In this document: piece after piece, positions 9,959 to 19,063 of the stretch | How positions within the stretch are numbered: the stretch's first letter is position 1 | Layout of the letters: every line of letters begins with the position of its first letter | Virus record (IMG/VR): IMGVR_UViG_3300035684_000001 | Span: 96,001-160,000 of that record | Length of the DNA: 64,000 nucleotides | Source: a virus | Direction: 5' to 3' (one strand) | Made by a program: the position numbers and the translations under genes | The notes under the pieces: generated by a model | Database searches by the model: none | The model's input: the letters and a program-made list of their open reading frames with translations, nothing else | What the model was told of the DNA's origin: nothing

Positions 9959-10195
9959 TTGAAAAGCGACATCCCTTTACGGTTGATGGATTCAGTCGCT
10001 ATAGGCGATCAACACATCTATAAAAAAGTCTTAGAAATTGTGTTGATCGCCCCAATTCCTCCCAATCAAGCCATACTCGCCCGATTGTTAAATATTCCCG
10101 ATTGCAAAATTCAAAATGCTGTAGAATTTTGGCGATTGCACGGTATGATTCGAGTTGAACAAGGAATGTTTTATGCCATTCAGCACTTGAACTAA
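9959..10195 (+). CDS. Small HTH-like protein
   Basis: NQAILARLLNI...IQNAVEFWRLHGMI resembles a winged helix; the gene is tightly packed in the operon. Confidence 0.45.
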   Translation: MKSDIPLRLMDSVAIGDQHIYKKVLEIVLIAPIPPNQAILARLLNIPDCKIQNAVEFWRLHGMIRVEQGMFYAIQHLN

Positions 10196-10209
10196 AAACA
10201 CAAAACAAA

Positions 10210-11757
10210 ATGAAATACAATCCGATCGCCAAACAAAACCAAATTAGTTGCGGGACTGGAAATGTTGCGGTAATTACCGGGTGGACGCCAGCACAAGTTA
10301 TAAAGGAAAAATTAAGTCTGCAAGACTACGGGGCGATCGGGCAACTGTATTCCCCCACTCGCGGTATTAATTTTTTGGTAAAGAACTTGTTGGCAAATCC
10401 TCAAATTAGGCATTTAGTATTGCTCAGCGCTACTGAAGCAGACAGAAACAGCGGCGCAATCGAAGTTTTTTTGTGGTTTTTACACTATGGATGCGAGAGA
10501 GGAGTTACAGATTTAGGACAAAAAGCATGGGTTATTAACTGCAACTGCAAAGAAAATAAGGATAGCAACAATTTATCTTTTCAGGGTAAGGGTTACATAG
10601 ACGCTGAAATTCCTGAACCGGATTTAAATTTGCTCAGAAAATCTCTGTCATGGGTCGTTGTCAGCAAAATCCAAGATTGCATTAACGAGGTGTGGGGTGT
10701 GCCAAAGAATACTGTACCTTGGGGGCTACCCAAAAATTATCCGGCTCCAGAACAAGAAGTGCCAAAAGTTATCCCGGGCGATCGGTACGGGCATCGGATT
10801 GAAGGCAAAACAATTGCCGAAACGTGGGTAAAGATCGTCCACCGCATTAAAACCACGGGAACTGTTAGACCAACAGGTTATGACGGTCACTGGCAAGAGT
10901 TAATTGACTTAATGGCGATCGTCACCGACGAACCCAAAGAATTCTATTTCCCAGAGCCGAATTACCTGTCGTGCGATCGCGCTTTTGTTGAAAAATATCG
11001 ATCGCAAATTTTAGAAGATACGCCCTACGAGGAAGGTGTTAAATATACCTACGCGCAGCGGATGCGGTCGTGGTTTGGATGTGATCAGATTGAAGAAGTT
11101 ATCAACAAGCTAATTAAAGAGATTGACGCAGCAAGTGCTGTAATTAGCTTGTGGGATTCAGGCGGGAATCTTTATAGAAGACCTGATGGTTCTTCCGATC
11201 ACCAGCACAGCGGTAGCCCTTGTTTAAATCAAGTTTGGGTGCGAGTCGTCAATGATGAAATGTCGATGACAGCGATCTTCCGCAGTAACGATATGTTTAG
11301 TGCATGGCCGGCTAATGCTATGGGGTTGCGGGCGTTGCAGCAACACATTCGAGACGAAATAGCTGGGCGATCAAGTTACGACTTAAAAATGGGACCGCTA
11401 ATCACTATCAGTCAAAGCGCTCATATTTACAGTGACTGCTGGGACTACGCAGATAAATTGATTACAGAACACTACGATCGCCTCGCAAAGAAAGAAGCGA
11501 GATCGTTTGCAGACCCTATTGGGAGTTTTTTGATATCAGTAAATAACAAAAACCAGTTAATTGAAGTCGAACACATTTCACCGAGTCCAGGTGATGAACC
11601 TCTTCAGTTTTTTGCTGGAAAAGACCCACAGGAGTTGGGTGTTCAAATCCTGAAAGCTTGCCCCGGAATACTAGCTTCCCATTGCTTGTACTTAGGAATT
11701 CAACTTAAAAAAGCATCCCAGTGTGCAATGAACGGGCTATCTTACACCCAAGAATAA
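10210..11757 (+). CDS. thyA: Thymidylate synthase, cyanobacterial multi-domain type
   Basis: YTYAQR, SPCL, FRSNDM...WPAN motifs, with extra N- and C-terminal domains. Confidence 0.85.
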   Translation: MKYNPIAKQNQISCGTGNVAVITGWTPAQVIKEKLSLQDYGAIGQLYSPTRGINFLVKNLLANPQIRHLVLLSATEADRNSGAIEVFLWFLHYGCERGVTDLGQKAWVINCNCKENKDSNNLSFQGKGYIDAEIPEPDLNLLRKSLSWVVVSKIQDCINEVWGVPKNTVPWGLPKNYPAPEQEVPKVIPGDRYGHRIEGKTIAETWVKIVHRIKTTGTVRPTGYDGHWQELIDLMAIVTDEPKEFYFPEPNYLSCDRAFVEKYRSQILEDTPYEEGVKYTYAQRMRSWFGCDQIEEVINKLIKEIDAASAVISLWDSGGNLYRRPDGSSDHQHSGSPCLNQVWVRVVNDEMSMTAIFRSNDMFSAWPANAMGLRALQQHIRDEIAGRSSYDLKMGPLITISQSAHIYSDCWDYADKLITEHYDRLAKKEARSFADPIGSFLISVNNKNQLIEVEHISPSPGDEPLQFFAGKDPQELGVQILKACPGILASHCLYLGIQLKKASQCAMNGLSYTQE

Positions 11758-11760
11758 AAA

Positions 11761-12096
11761 ATGCAATCGATTATATCTGAAATCGAACAAGAAAGAAAAA
11801 GGCAAGACTTGAAATTTGGAACACCGCCGAGATCGCGCAAACCTGCGCTTTATTTGGCTGTTTTGATGGAAGAAGTGGGCGAAATTGCTAGAAGCATACT
11901 TGAAGGGGATAGCGATAACTACCGCATTGAACTAATTCAAGTAGCTGCTGTAGCTGTAGCAGCGCTCCAAGATTTCGATTACGGTAATTCGACGTATGCA
12001 ATAGAATCTATTTGCAAACCTATTGTTTATCGAAATGATAAATTGACTTACTGTTGTGAAATGGTGGGCGATTGCGTACAATATGAGTTTTTCTAG
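11761..12096 (+). CDS. MazG-like nucleotide pyrophosphohydrolase
   Basis: LMEEVGEIA...ELIQVAAVAVA motif. Confidence 0.8.
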   Translation: MQSIISEIEQERKRQDLKFGTPPRSRKPALYLAVLMEEVGEIARSILEGDSDNYRIELIQVAAVAVAALQDFDYGNSTYAIESICKPIVYRNDKLTYCCEMVGDCVQYEFF

Positions 12097-12152
12097 TGAA
12101 TTGTGTGATATAATTGTTGTAGAAACAAAAACAATGAATCACGCACAAAATC

Positions 12153-12494
12153 ATGAAAAATTTACTCCCGATGATTGTTGCAGTTAAAAGAATTGTATTT
12201 GACAATTCTACGCCTGAATCGAAATTTTCGGAAAACAATCTGAAGTATGCGGCTGAATATAGCTTGCAAATAGGTGGGTTTATGATTCCTCCAACCTTAT
12301 TAAGAGAGGGGACAGAAATAAACCCTTCTTACCGCGTTTTAGCCGGACATTTCCAGTGCTACGCAGCATTGAGAGCATATAAGCTTGATCCACTACGCGG
12401 TGAGACTATTCCCGCGATCGTCATCCGAAAAGATGACCCAAATCTGGAGATTTTACTGCATCAATTGAACTACATCAACTATAGCGACAGTTAG
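12153..12494 (+). CDS. ParB/Srx-like domain protein
   Basis: YRVLAGHFQCYAALRA...ETIPAIVI resembles cyanobacterial stand-alone ParB-like proteins. Confidence 0.6.
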   Translation: MKNLLPMIVAVKRIVFDNSTPESKFSENNLKYAAEYSLQIGGFMIPPTLLREGTEINPSYRVLAGHFQCYAALRAYKLDPLRGETIPAIVIRKDDPNLEILLHQLNYINYSDS

Positions 12495-12510
12495 TAGTTA
12501 ATCTGACATT

Positions 12511-12547
12511 AAAAAGCCCTTGGAACTAAAAATCCCAAGGGCTTTTT
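12511..12547. terminator. Bidirectional intrinsic terminator
   Basis: AAAAAGCCCTTGG...CCAAGGGCTTTTT between convergent genes. Confidence 0.8.
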
Positions 12548-12574
12548 GCTGTGCTTAATTTTAGGTTACTTTAA

Positions 12575-12820
12575 TCATTTTTGCCCGATCACTCGCAACA
12601 CCCGTCGAGCTTCGCCAAATCCCGACTTTTCCTCAATTTTTTCGCGAGTCATCGGGCGATTCTCGATTTCAGGCCGTTCTACCTCGCGTGATCGCATAAA
12701 TTGTAGCTGGTCGTCTGTGGGTAAAATCATTAGTAGTTTGATGGACTGCTGATTTTCCGCTTGAGCGCTACTCTTGACTTGGTAGCCCACGATCATATGT
12801 AAAAGACGAGAGATTGACAT
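12575..12820 (-). CDS. Hypothetical protein
   Basis: 81-aa ORF ending at the terminator. Confidence 0.5.
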   Translation of the reverse strand: MSISRLLHMIVGYQVKSSAQAENQQSIKLLMILPTDDQLQFMRSREVERPEIENRPMTREKIEEKSGFGEARRVLRVIGQK

Positions 12821-12907
12821 AGCCCGTAGTTTAGGCGAAAAAGCAAATCAAAATGCTCTACCGCCGGACAAAAACAAGTAACAGCACAAAAATGTCAATC
12901 TCACAAT

Positions 12908-12948
12908 AAAAGAAGGGGCGATCGTGTTTACGATCGCCCCCTCTTTTT
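12908..12948. terminator. Intrinsic terminator with HIP1-containing stem
   Basis: GGGGCGATCG-TGTTTA-CGATCGCCCC flanked by A and T tracts. Confidence 0.75.
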
Positions 12949-12965
12949 ATTACATCAACCTACCA

Positions 12966-13253
12966 TTAATCCTTGTCGCGTTCTGAGGTAGTTGGCGGAA
13001 ACAAATCGCGGTAAGAAATTCCCACACGTTCGTAGCAAACAGCAGCGTTGGCTAACATTCTGACTTTCTGAATCTCCCGTAGTATTGTTGTCAATTCTGC
13101 GGGGTTTTTGATAACGCCAGCTAAGCGCTTTACGTAGGCTAGCGAAGCTTCGTTCACCACTATGTGCAGTTCTTGTTCGGCGTCGCTGTTAAACGGGTGG
13201 TAGGAGAATAACTTTTCAAGCTTTCGTAAGAGTTCAGTATTGTCTTCTGGCAT
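12966..13253 (-). CDS. Acb2/Tad1-like small protein (candidate anti-defence sponge)
   Basis: FSYHP...V...LA.....ELTTILREIQKVRMLANAAV resembles the Acb2-family pattern FTYH...REKSLALTKLEEAVMWANAAIA. ATG at 13253. Confidence 0.5.
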   Translation of the reverse strand: MPEDNTELLRKLEKLFSYHPFNSDAEQELHIVVNEASLAYVKRLAGVIKNPAELTTILREIQKVRMLANAAVCYERVGISYRDLFPPTTSERDKD

Positions 13254-13354
13254 ACGATTTTTGCAATTCCTATTCAAAGACTACAGATGCGTTTTGTTCC
13301 CGAATTGAAAGATTATTTTTTGGGCGATCAACGTAATATGGTATTATATCACAA

Positions 13355-13639
13355 GTGAAAGCAATTAGGTATATGAATATCATCCATTTCAACCTAAACG
13401 ATCAAGTTAAAGTTAAGCTCACCAAAACCGGAAGAAAATATTTGAAACAAAAAAATGTTAAATTGGCGACAGACAAAGAGGGTTTTTTAACTTTGTCTCT
13501 ACAAGAATTTGCGGGAATATTTGGTGACGCCTTGCAGTTACCAACATTTAATCCGCCTGTTGAGCCAAATATTATTTTGATAGTGGATCAGGAATTAACA
13601 TCAAAAAGTCCAAATCAAGTGAAGGCGGAAAAACCATGA
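13355..13639 (+). CDS. Hypothetical phage protein
   Basis: FNLNDQVKVKLTKTG start; 94 aa. Confidence 0.6.
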   Translation: MKAIRYMNIIHFNLNDQVKVKLTKTGRKYLKQKNVKLATDKEGFLTLSLQEFAGIFGDALQLPTFNPPVEPNIILIVDQELTSKSPNQVKAEKP

Positions 13640-14054
13640 ATTATGACGAAAACAGTTTGGAGCAAGAGTTTCAGCTTTATAGTGCTATTTTGGATATTGA
13701 AACAACACTAAACGAGTTGAACGAGCTTATGCCAGCGGATATCGTAACCACGATCAACCTCAAAGCCTGATTCCTTCGTTGACCTATATGCCAAGTCTGT
13801 ACCCAAGTTTGATGTCAGATTTTATAATTCATATCACAAAAAATAATTGGCATCTTTTAAATAAAAACGATCGCGTTGCTATTAAAAACGAGGTGCAGTT
13901 GGCAATCGCAACTGAAAACCTAAAAATGAACTGCAATTTGCAAACTTGGAAAAGTTTCAATTATTGGCTTGCTGCAAAAATTTAAGTTTTAATTAGTGAT
14001 CGCCCGTGTTAGCATCTATGGTAACTACAGGCTTTCACAATATTTCCTAAAACT

Positions 14055-14261
14055 ATGCCAGTGTTTGATGATGCCGAATCTCAAAAAAGTTACGAAGCCC
14101 GCAGAACAACCCCACCACCACTGCCCGATCCAAACAGGGAAAGAAGCAGATTGGAATGGTTAGCGCTTCCTGTCGGTTTGCAGCCATACCCTTTTGATGC
14201 CAATTTGCAAGAATTCAAAGACTGGTTTAAGCAAAAATATGGAAAAGACGCAACATTTTAA
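14055..14261 (+). CDS. Hypothetical protein
   Basis: 68-aa ORF with ATG start. Confidence 0.5.
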   Translation: MPVFDDAESQKSYEARRTTPPPLPDPNRERSRLEWLALPVGLQPYPFDANLQEFKDWFKQKYGKDATF

Positions 14262-14410
14262 GCAGACGATCGTGCTAAACTCTAAGTGATGAGGCTATTC
14301 TCGGGAAGCTTAGCCTCCTCGCCAACACCCATGTTAAGACTGTAGAAGCGCTGAAATCCTTGTGATGTTAGCGCTTTTTTGTTGTGGAAGTGGAACGGGC
14401 GATCAAAGTG

Positions 14411-14725
14411 TTAAGCGCCCCTTCTGAATTTTTGGTGAATTCGCATCTCTAGTGCCTGAATGACGACCATGTACCGAAAATCCAGATCGGCTTCAAGCTC
14501 CCCCTCCTCTTCCCCTTCATCATTAACTTTCTGTGACTTTGGATTTGCTGTATAACGCCCAAATTCCATGTTCATATTAGCGTAAGCTTTTAGTAAGTTT
14601 GCAGCGCTAGCATTAGGGTTTTTCAATATTTCACGAGCGCGATTATATGGCATTTTTTTACCAAATATTTGACCATTAGAAATAAAAAGACCGATCGCGC
14701 AAGGGACGCCGATCGAATCGAACAA
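14411..14725 (-). CDS. Hypothetical protein (start probably the later MPYN)
   Basis: ORF track; plausible composition. Confidence 0.45.
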   Translation of the reverse strand: MFDSIGVPCAIGLFISNGQIFGKKMPYNRAREILKNPNASAANLLKAYANMNMEFGRYTANPKSQKVNDEGEEEGELEADLDFRYMVVIQALEMRIHQKFRRGA

Positions 14726-15131
14726 TCAAGCGTAGCGTTCAACAACAATTGGATCGCGGATCATGACTTCCATCACAAATTGCGTTTAAGCTGCACTGGC
14801 CCAGCCACGTCCAAAAAGCAGCTATCGCCTACCGCGATTTCACTGGATCGGAACCCAGCGCTGGTGCTGCCCCAGTTCGCTGCTAGTTTGATTTTAACAA
14901 AAGCTTGCTCGATCTCCCGGAACGCATCCACTTCGTCGTCGCGCCCACATCCTCAACCATATTTTTAGCCTTACCAAGTTTTGGGCGATTAGTTCCGTAC
15001 TTTGGGCTAACCGAATCCAAGTAGTTGAGCTAACTCCAGATTGTGATTGCATTTGCCACCATATCAACCCCGCTGCTCACGACGAATGTCCAACTCAGAG
15101 TACAATAAGCCTAATCTTCTTTGTTCATAAT

Positions 15132-15686
15132 ATGGAATATTACCTAGATACTGAGTTTATTGAATTAAGCGAAAATAAAACAATCGACTTTATCTCGATT
15201 GGAGTTGTAGCAGGGGATGGACGGGAATATTACGCAATCAGCGAAGAATTTGATGCAAGTACAGCCTCTGAATGGGTTGTGGAAAATGTATTGAATAAAT
15301 TGCCACCACGTCCAGGCTTGTTCAAATCTACAGAAGTGTCACTTCGACAGCGATACGAATCAAAAGCCTGGAAATCGCGAAAAAGAATAAAAAAAGAACT
15401 TTTGGATTTTATTGTTCCAGACGAAAATGGGATTGAGTTTTGGGCAGGTTGGGCCTCTTATGACTGGGTAGTGTTTTGCTGGATATTTGGCTGTATGATC
15501 GATCTCCCCAAAGGCTACCCCAATTATTGTAATGATGTAATTCAGTGGATGAATCAACTGGGGTTAAAACGAGAAGATCTACCATCAGAACCAAAAGACG
15601 CTCACAATGCACTAGCTGATGCTCGATGGGTGAAACAGGCTTACGATGCACTCAAAAAATATGACAATAATGTATACAACTTTTAG
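15132..15686 (+). CDS. DEDDh 3'-5' exonuclease (Rv2179c-like)
   Basis: YLDTEFIE, ISIGVV, YDWVVFC, HNALADARW. Confidence 0.85.
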   Translation: MEYYLDTEFIELSENKTIDFISIGVVAGDGREYYAISEEFDASTASEWVVENVLNKLPPRPGLFKSTEVSLRQRYESKAWKSRKRIKKELLDFIVPDENGIEFWAGWASYDWVVFCWIFGCMIDLPKGYPNYCNDVIQWMNQLGLKREDLPSEPKDAHNALADARWVKQAYDALKKYDNNVYNF

Positions 15687-15775
15687 CGCAATGAGTTAAT
15701 AATAGTGCATTGTTATTTTTTCAGCATCTTGCAAAGTAAACAAATGGGCGATTTCCCAATTTTCGCCTGTCTTGT

Positions 15776-16294
15776 TTATACATCTTCAAAAATAAATTGT
15801 TGTATACCAGAAAGTGAAAAAAGTCCAGACTGTGTTTTGCCACTAACAAATAAAGAGTAATTACAACTATTTTCATCCCAATTTTGTACGAATGCTACAT
15901 AGTCAACATCTAGAATTTTTTCGTGTAACGGATTCATCCGCCAACGACAGCACTGCGACACTTTTTGTACTGCTTCTGCCAGCGACAGCACTTCAGGAGT
16001 TAAAAATAAAGTAAAATCAGCATAACCCGAAGAATGCACAGTACCGCTAACTCTGCGTTTTACAGAAAGTTTCAACGAGTATAGTTTATTAAAAAGTTCT
16101 ACCTCTAATAGAATAGTTCCAACGAAATATTCATACGATTTTTCGTTTAAACCCTCTAATGCAGCAGCACATTTAAAAGCACTTGGATCGAAATCAAAAA
16201 ATATCAAACGATTGTTAACGCGATTAACATTGTAGAGATGCGCTGCTATTTTTTCAGCAATTTGCTCAGACTGTAGTATGACGACTTTTTTCAT
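15776..16294 (-). CDS. Hypothetical protein, paralogue family A
   Basis: Shares AHL...F..FD..AF....ALEG with 27708..27926 and 30455..30847. Confidence 0.7.
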   Translation of the reverse strand: MKKVVILQSEQIAEKIAAHLYNVNRVNNRLIFFDFDPSAFKCAAALEGLNEKSYEYFVGTILLEVELFNKLYSLKLSVKRRVSGTVHSSGYADFTLFLTPEVLSLAEAVQKVSQCCRWRMNPLHEKILDVDYVAFVQNWDENSCNYSLFVSGKTQSGLFSLSGIQQFIFEDV

Positions 16295-16419
16295 TTTTTT
16301 CTATTGATTTATTAAAATTATATACGATCATTTGTAATGCTCAACTAACTTGACACAAAAAAACATCTCTCAATCATTATCCGATTGAGAGATGTTAGTA
16401 GCGAAATCACTAGATATTG

Positions 16420-17223
16420 CTAATCAAAATTATCAATGAAACAGCCGCAACCACCAAGTGCCTCAAAATCAAAGGAAAGCTGCAAGGGAGCTGACTGTAT
16501 TTCCTCCCTGAACGCTTTAAGAGTAAGACCTTTAGTTACTCCATTTTTTGTGCGCCGCAAGATACCGACTGAATCATTATTTATCGATTGCAAAAACTCT
16601 TGTTCTTGTTGTTCGTGGTGCGCGTAAACATCTGGTAGATATTTTAATAAATTTCGGTAGTGTTTTAACCCTGCTTTCGTGCAAAAGCCACCACAATTGG
16701 CATGAGCAAAGCCCATGTCGTAAAGCCTAGGTTGCTTAAGGTTGTTCAGTTTGAGTTGGCGGTTAATTTCTTGCTTGTCTACCCAGCGATCGCCCCAGCA
16801 GAGTGGAGCTTCTACCTGGAATGGGTGCCAGTTTTTGGAGATCGCCTCCATCCGTTCCAACTCTTCAAATCCAATTCCAAAGTATAAAACCGTGTCATCA
16901 GGTGAAAAGTTAGCATTGATCCAATTTTCGCAAGGTTTAACCTTAAGCTCGATCGAGCAATCAGATGCGCGATGATTAATAAATCGTTTTTCATTAAAGA
17001 TATCCCACGGATTCCGACCGTCTTTAACTTTGATCAACTGACCACCAACGTTTTTCGCTGCTTCTTCTAAAAATCGGTAGTTGTCGGGGTCTTCGATAGT
17101 CGTGTCCGCAAAGACTAGCCACAAGTTATCTGTGCCAAACTTCTGAGCTATTATCTTAGCGGCAAACCATGAAGCTTTGCCGCTTGAAAAAAACACTACG
17201 TGGTTTTGTGTTGGTGCTGACAT
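16420..17223 (-). CDS. PAPS-reductase-like (PP-loop) phage protein
   Basis: VFFSSGKASW, VFADT.IED.D.YRFL, CSIELK, HANCGGFC. Confidence 0.75.
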   Translation of the reverse strand: MSAPTQNHVVFFSSGKASWFAAKIIAQKFGTDNLWLVFADTTIEDPDNYRFLEEAAKNVGGQLIKVKDGRNPWDIFNEKRFINHRASDCSIELKVKPCENWINANFSPDDTVLYFGIGFEELERMEAISKNWHPFQVEAPLCWGDRWVDKQEINRQLKLNNLKQPRLYDMGFAHANCGGFCTKAGLKHYRNLLKYLPDVYAHHEQQEQEFLQSINNDSVGILRRTKNGVTKGLTLKAFREEIQSAPLQLSFDFEALGGCGCFIDNFD

Positions 17224-17331
17224 TGTTTTGTGTGTTGATTATTATTCAATACAACAATTATACTACGAATGTAGTTAAATTGCTGTCAATAATTAACTAA
17301 ATTATTTTTGTTTACAACCTTTAAAATGATT

Positions 17332-17433
17332 TTATCTGCTAGAAGATCCCATTGATGATTCTAAAAAAATAATCCTACCAAGGATCGAACTTATTGACGA
17401 CTGAATCTCGGTTGATATTGAAAGATTAACCCC
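17332..17433 (-). pseudogene. Orphan 3' end (33 codons plus stop) of the spike gene; its first ~20 nt are the predicted TnpB guide
   Basis: GVNLSISTEIQSSISSILGRIIFLESSMGSSSR* versus GVNLSIISEIQLSIGSILSRLIVLESSTNSSSR* at 19064..19165. 77/102 nt and 24/33 aa identical, no gaps. Confidence 0.9.
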
Positions 17434-17534
17434 TTGACACTCTTCGGCCTAAAGGTGCGAGGATTCTTTCTTCATAGGGACACCAATGCGTTTACCCTCA
17501 GAAAGCTTCTTGACCGTATGTCCTACGGCTGCAA
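17434..17534 (-). ncRNA. Predicted omegaRNA scaffold and IS200/IS605 right end
   Basis: tnpB-3'-like sequence ending GAATCCTCGCACCTTTAGGCCGAAGAGTGTCAA, a typical cyanobacterial IS605 right end with terminal TCAA. Confidence 0.7.
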
Positions 17535-17634
17535 CCACCGCGTCGAGATACTCTTTGACAACACTTGTTTGATATTTACGATTACCGGGTTTGACAGACT
17601 AGCACGATCGGCGTCTTGTTTGGGAAGCCTCAAG

Positions 17635-18840
17635 TTAAGCTTCTTGGTTCGCAGGGATTCCAACGAATTTACCCTCTCCAAGCATCTTGACCGTGTGTCC
17701 CACGGCTGCAAGTCCTCGTATTAGAACTACTTGTGCTGCTGCTACATCCCTATCGGTTGTGTAACCACAGCTAGAACATAAATGTACGCGCTCCGACAAT
17801 TCTTTTTTCCCGGTTTCTACTCCACAACTAGGGCAAATTTGACTTGTCTTGTGGGCGCTTACTTTTTGGAAGTACACGCCATGCTTGAAACAGGCTTGAC
17901 CTAAAATATTAAAAAACTGACCCCAGCCTGCGTCCAAGCAATGTTTCGCTAGCATCGCCTTAGCCAACCCAACGAGGTTCAAGTCTTCGACAAAGATCGT
18001 GTCCGCGTCTTTGCATAGTTGGTGTGCCAACTTCCAGTGCCAATCTTTACGGCAGTTGGCAACGTACTCGTGAAACTTAGCAACCTTTTTTTGAGCTTTC
18101 AGTCTATTTTGGGAACCCGGTTTTTTGCGACTGACGCGCTTTTGCAGCAATTTAAGCTTGCGTTCGGCGTCAACGAAAAACTTTTGGCGCTTGACTAAAA
18201 GACCGTTAGATGTTGCGATGAAGTTTGTTAGGCCAACGTCTATCCCAAGAGCTTCGCCGTGCGGCATGACTGACGGTACGGAAACATCCCATTGTAAGGT
18301 CAGCATCACATACCAGCCGCTAGCTTTGCGGACTACTCTTGCTTGCTTGATAGTTGCACCGTCTGGAATAGGGCGCGACTGGTGAAATTTAACCAAACCA
18401 ATTTTCGGCAATTTTACTGCACCGTTCTGAATTGGGTTAACTCCCAATTGGGGGAACACAAAAGACCGCATTGCTCCCGCTTTCTTGAAGCGAGGAAAGC
18501 CGTGCTTCTGTTCCCACATACTGACGAAAGCTTTTTCAAGTCTTCGCAACGTTTGCTGCAAAACGTGTACTTGTACAGCTCCCAAGTCAGGTATCCTTGC
18601 CCTAGCAGCAGTTAAGTGTTTGCACTGACTGAGGTAAGTTGGTCGCTTTGCTTCAGCAGAAATGATAAATTCAGAGCGGATAGAGCAAGCGTTAACCTGA
18701 CAGCTACGAGATTGAAACCAATGCTTTCTCTCCGCCAGTGCGTAGTTGTAGACGCGACGACACTGTTCCAGCCAGTCTTCAAAGATGGCTGCCTGTGCAG
18801 TCGTTGGTTTCAATTTGAATTCGTAGGTTAGATTTAACAT
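17635..18840 (-). CDS. tnpB: RNA-guided endonuclease TnpB (IS200/IS605 family)
   Basis: TYEFKLKPT N-terminus; RuvC GIDVG, VEDL, DRDVAAA all intact; zinc finger CPSCG...CSSCG; no tnpA nearby. Confidence 0.95.
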   Translation of the reverse strand: MLNLTYEFKLKPTTAQAAIFEDWLEQCRRVYNYALAERKHWFQSRSCQVNACSIRSEFIISAEAKRPTYLSQCKHLTAARARIPDLGAVQVHVLQQTLRRLEKAFVSMWEQKHGFPRFKKAGAMRSFVFPQLGVNPIQNGAVKLPKIGLVKFHQSRPIPDGATIKQARVVRKASGWYVMLTLQWDVSVPSVMPHGEALGIDVGLTNFIATSNGLLVKRQKFFVDAERKLKLLQKRVSRKKPGSQNRLKAQKKVAKFHEYVANCRKDWHWKLAHQLCKDADTIFVEDLNLVGLAKAMLAKHCLDAGWGQFFNILGQACFKHGVYFQKVSAHKTSQICPSCGVETGKKELSERVHLCSSCGYTTDRDVAAAQVVLIRGLAAVGHTVKMLGEGKFVGIPANQEA

Positions 18841-19063
18841 TTGCTTACCCTCCTTTCCGAATTATAGAACATTGAATAAGGACTGAACCGATTATTCACG
18901 ATTCTTAACTAAATCCACTCTAAAAGGGCAAGGTTGTACCCAATCTTTTAGTTAATCATTTGTTCTGTGTTGCTTTTTTGGTCATATATTAGCTGTATTA
19001 CAGCCGTAGGACGCTTGGCAATAAGTAATGAGTGATTATTCTGTTTTCGATATTAATAGTGTC

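Larger units (their letters stand above)
17434..18954 (-). mobile_element. Non-autonomous IS605/IS1341-type element (tnpB only), composite
   Basis: Right end TCAA at 17434-17437; degenerate left-end hairpin at about 18905-18954 preceded by ATGAT. The left boundary is uncertain. Confidence 0.6.

Noticed and set aside
14285-14325. Hammerhead ribozyme (TGATGAG followed by a stem)
   Set aside because: The CUGA is imperfect and no GAAA follows the stem.
17434-17724. Plus-strand 96-aa ORF with an internal repeat
   Set aside because: It is the antisense read-out of the duplicated tnpB 3' end.
17635-18840. Nuclease-dead TldR-type repressor
   Set aside because: All three RuvC acidic residues (GIDVG, VEDL, DRD) are present.
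18999-19012. 12-nt inverted match (CAGCCGTAGGAC) to the omegaRNA scaffold
   Set aside because: Too short to separate from chance without further support.
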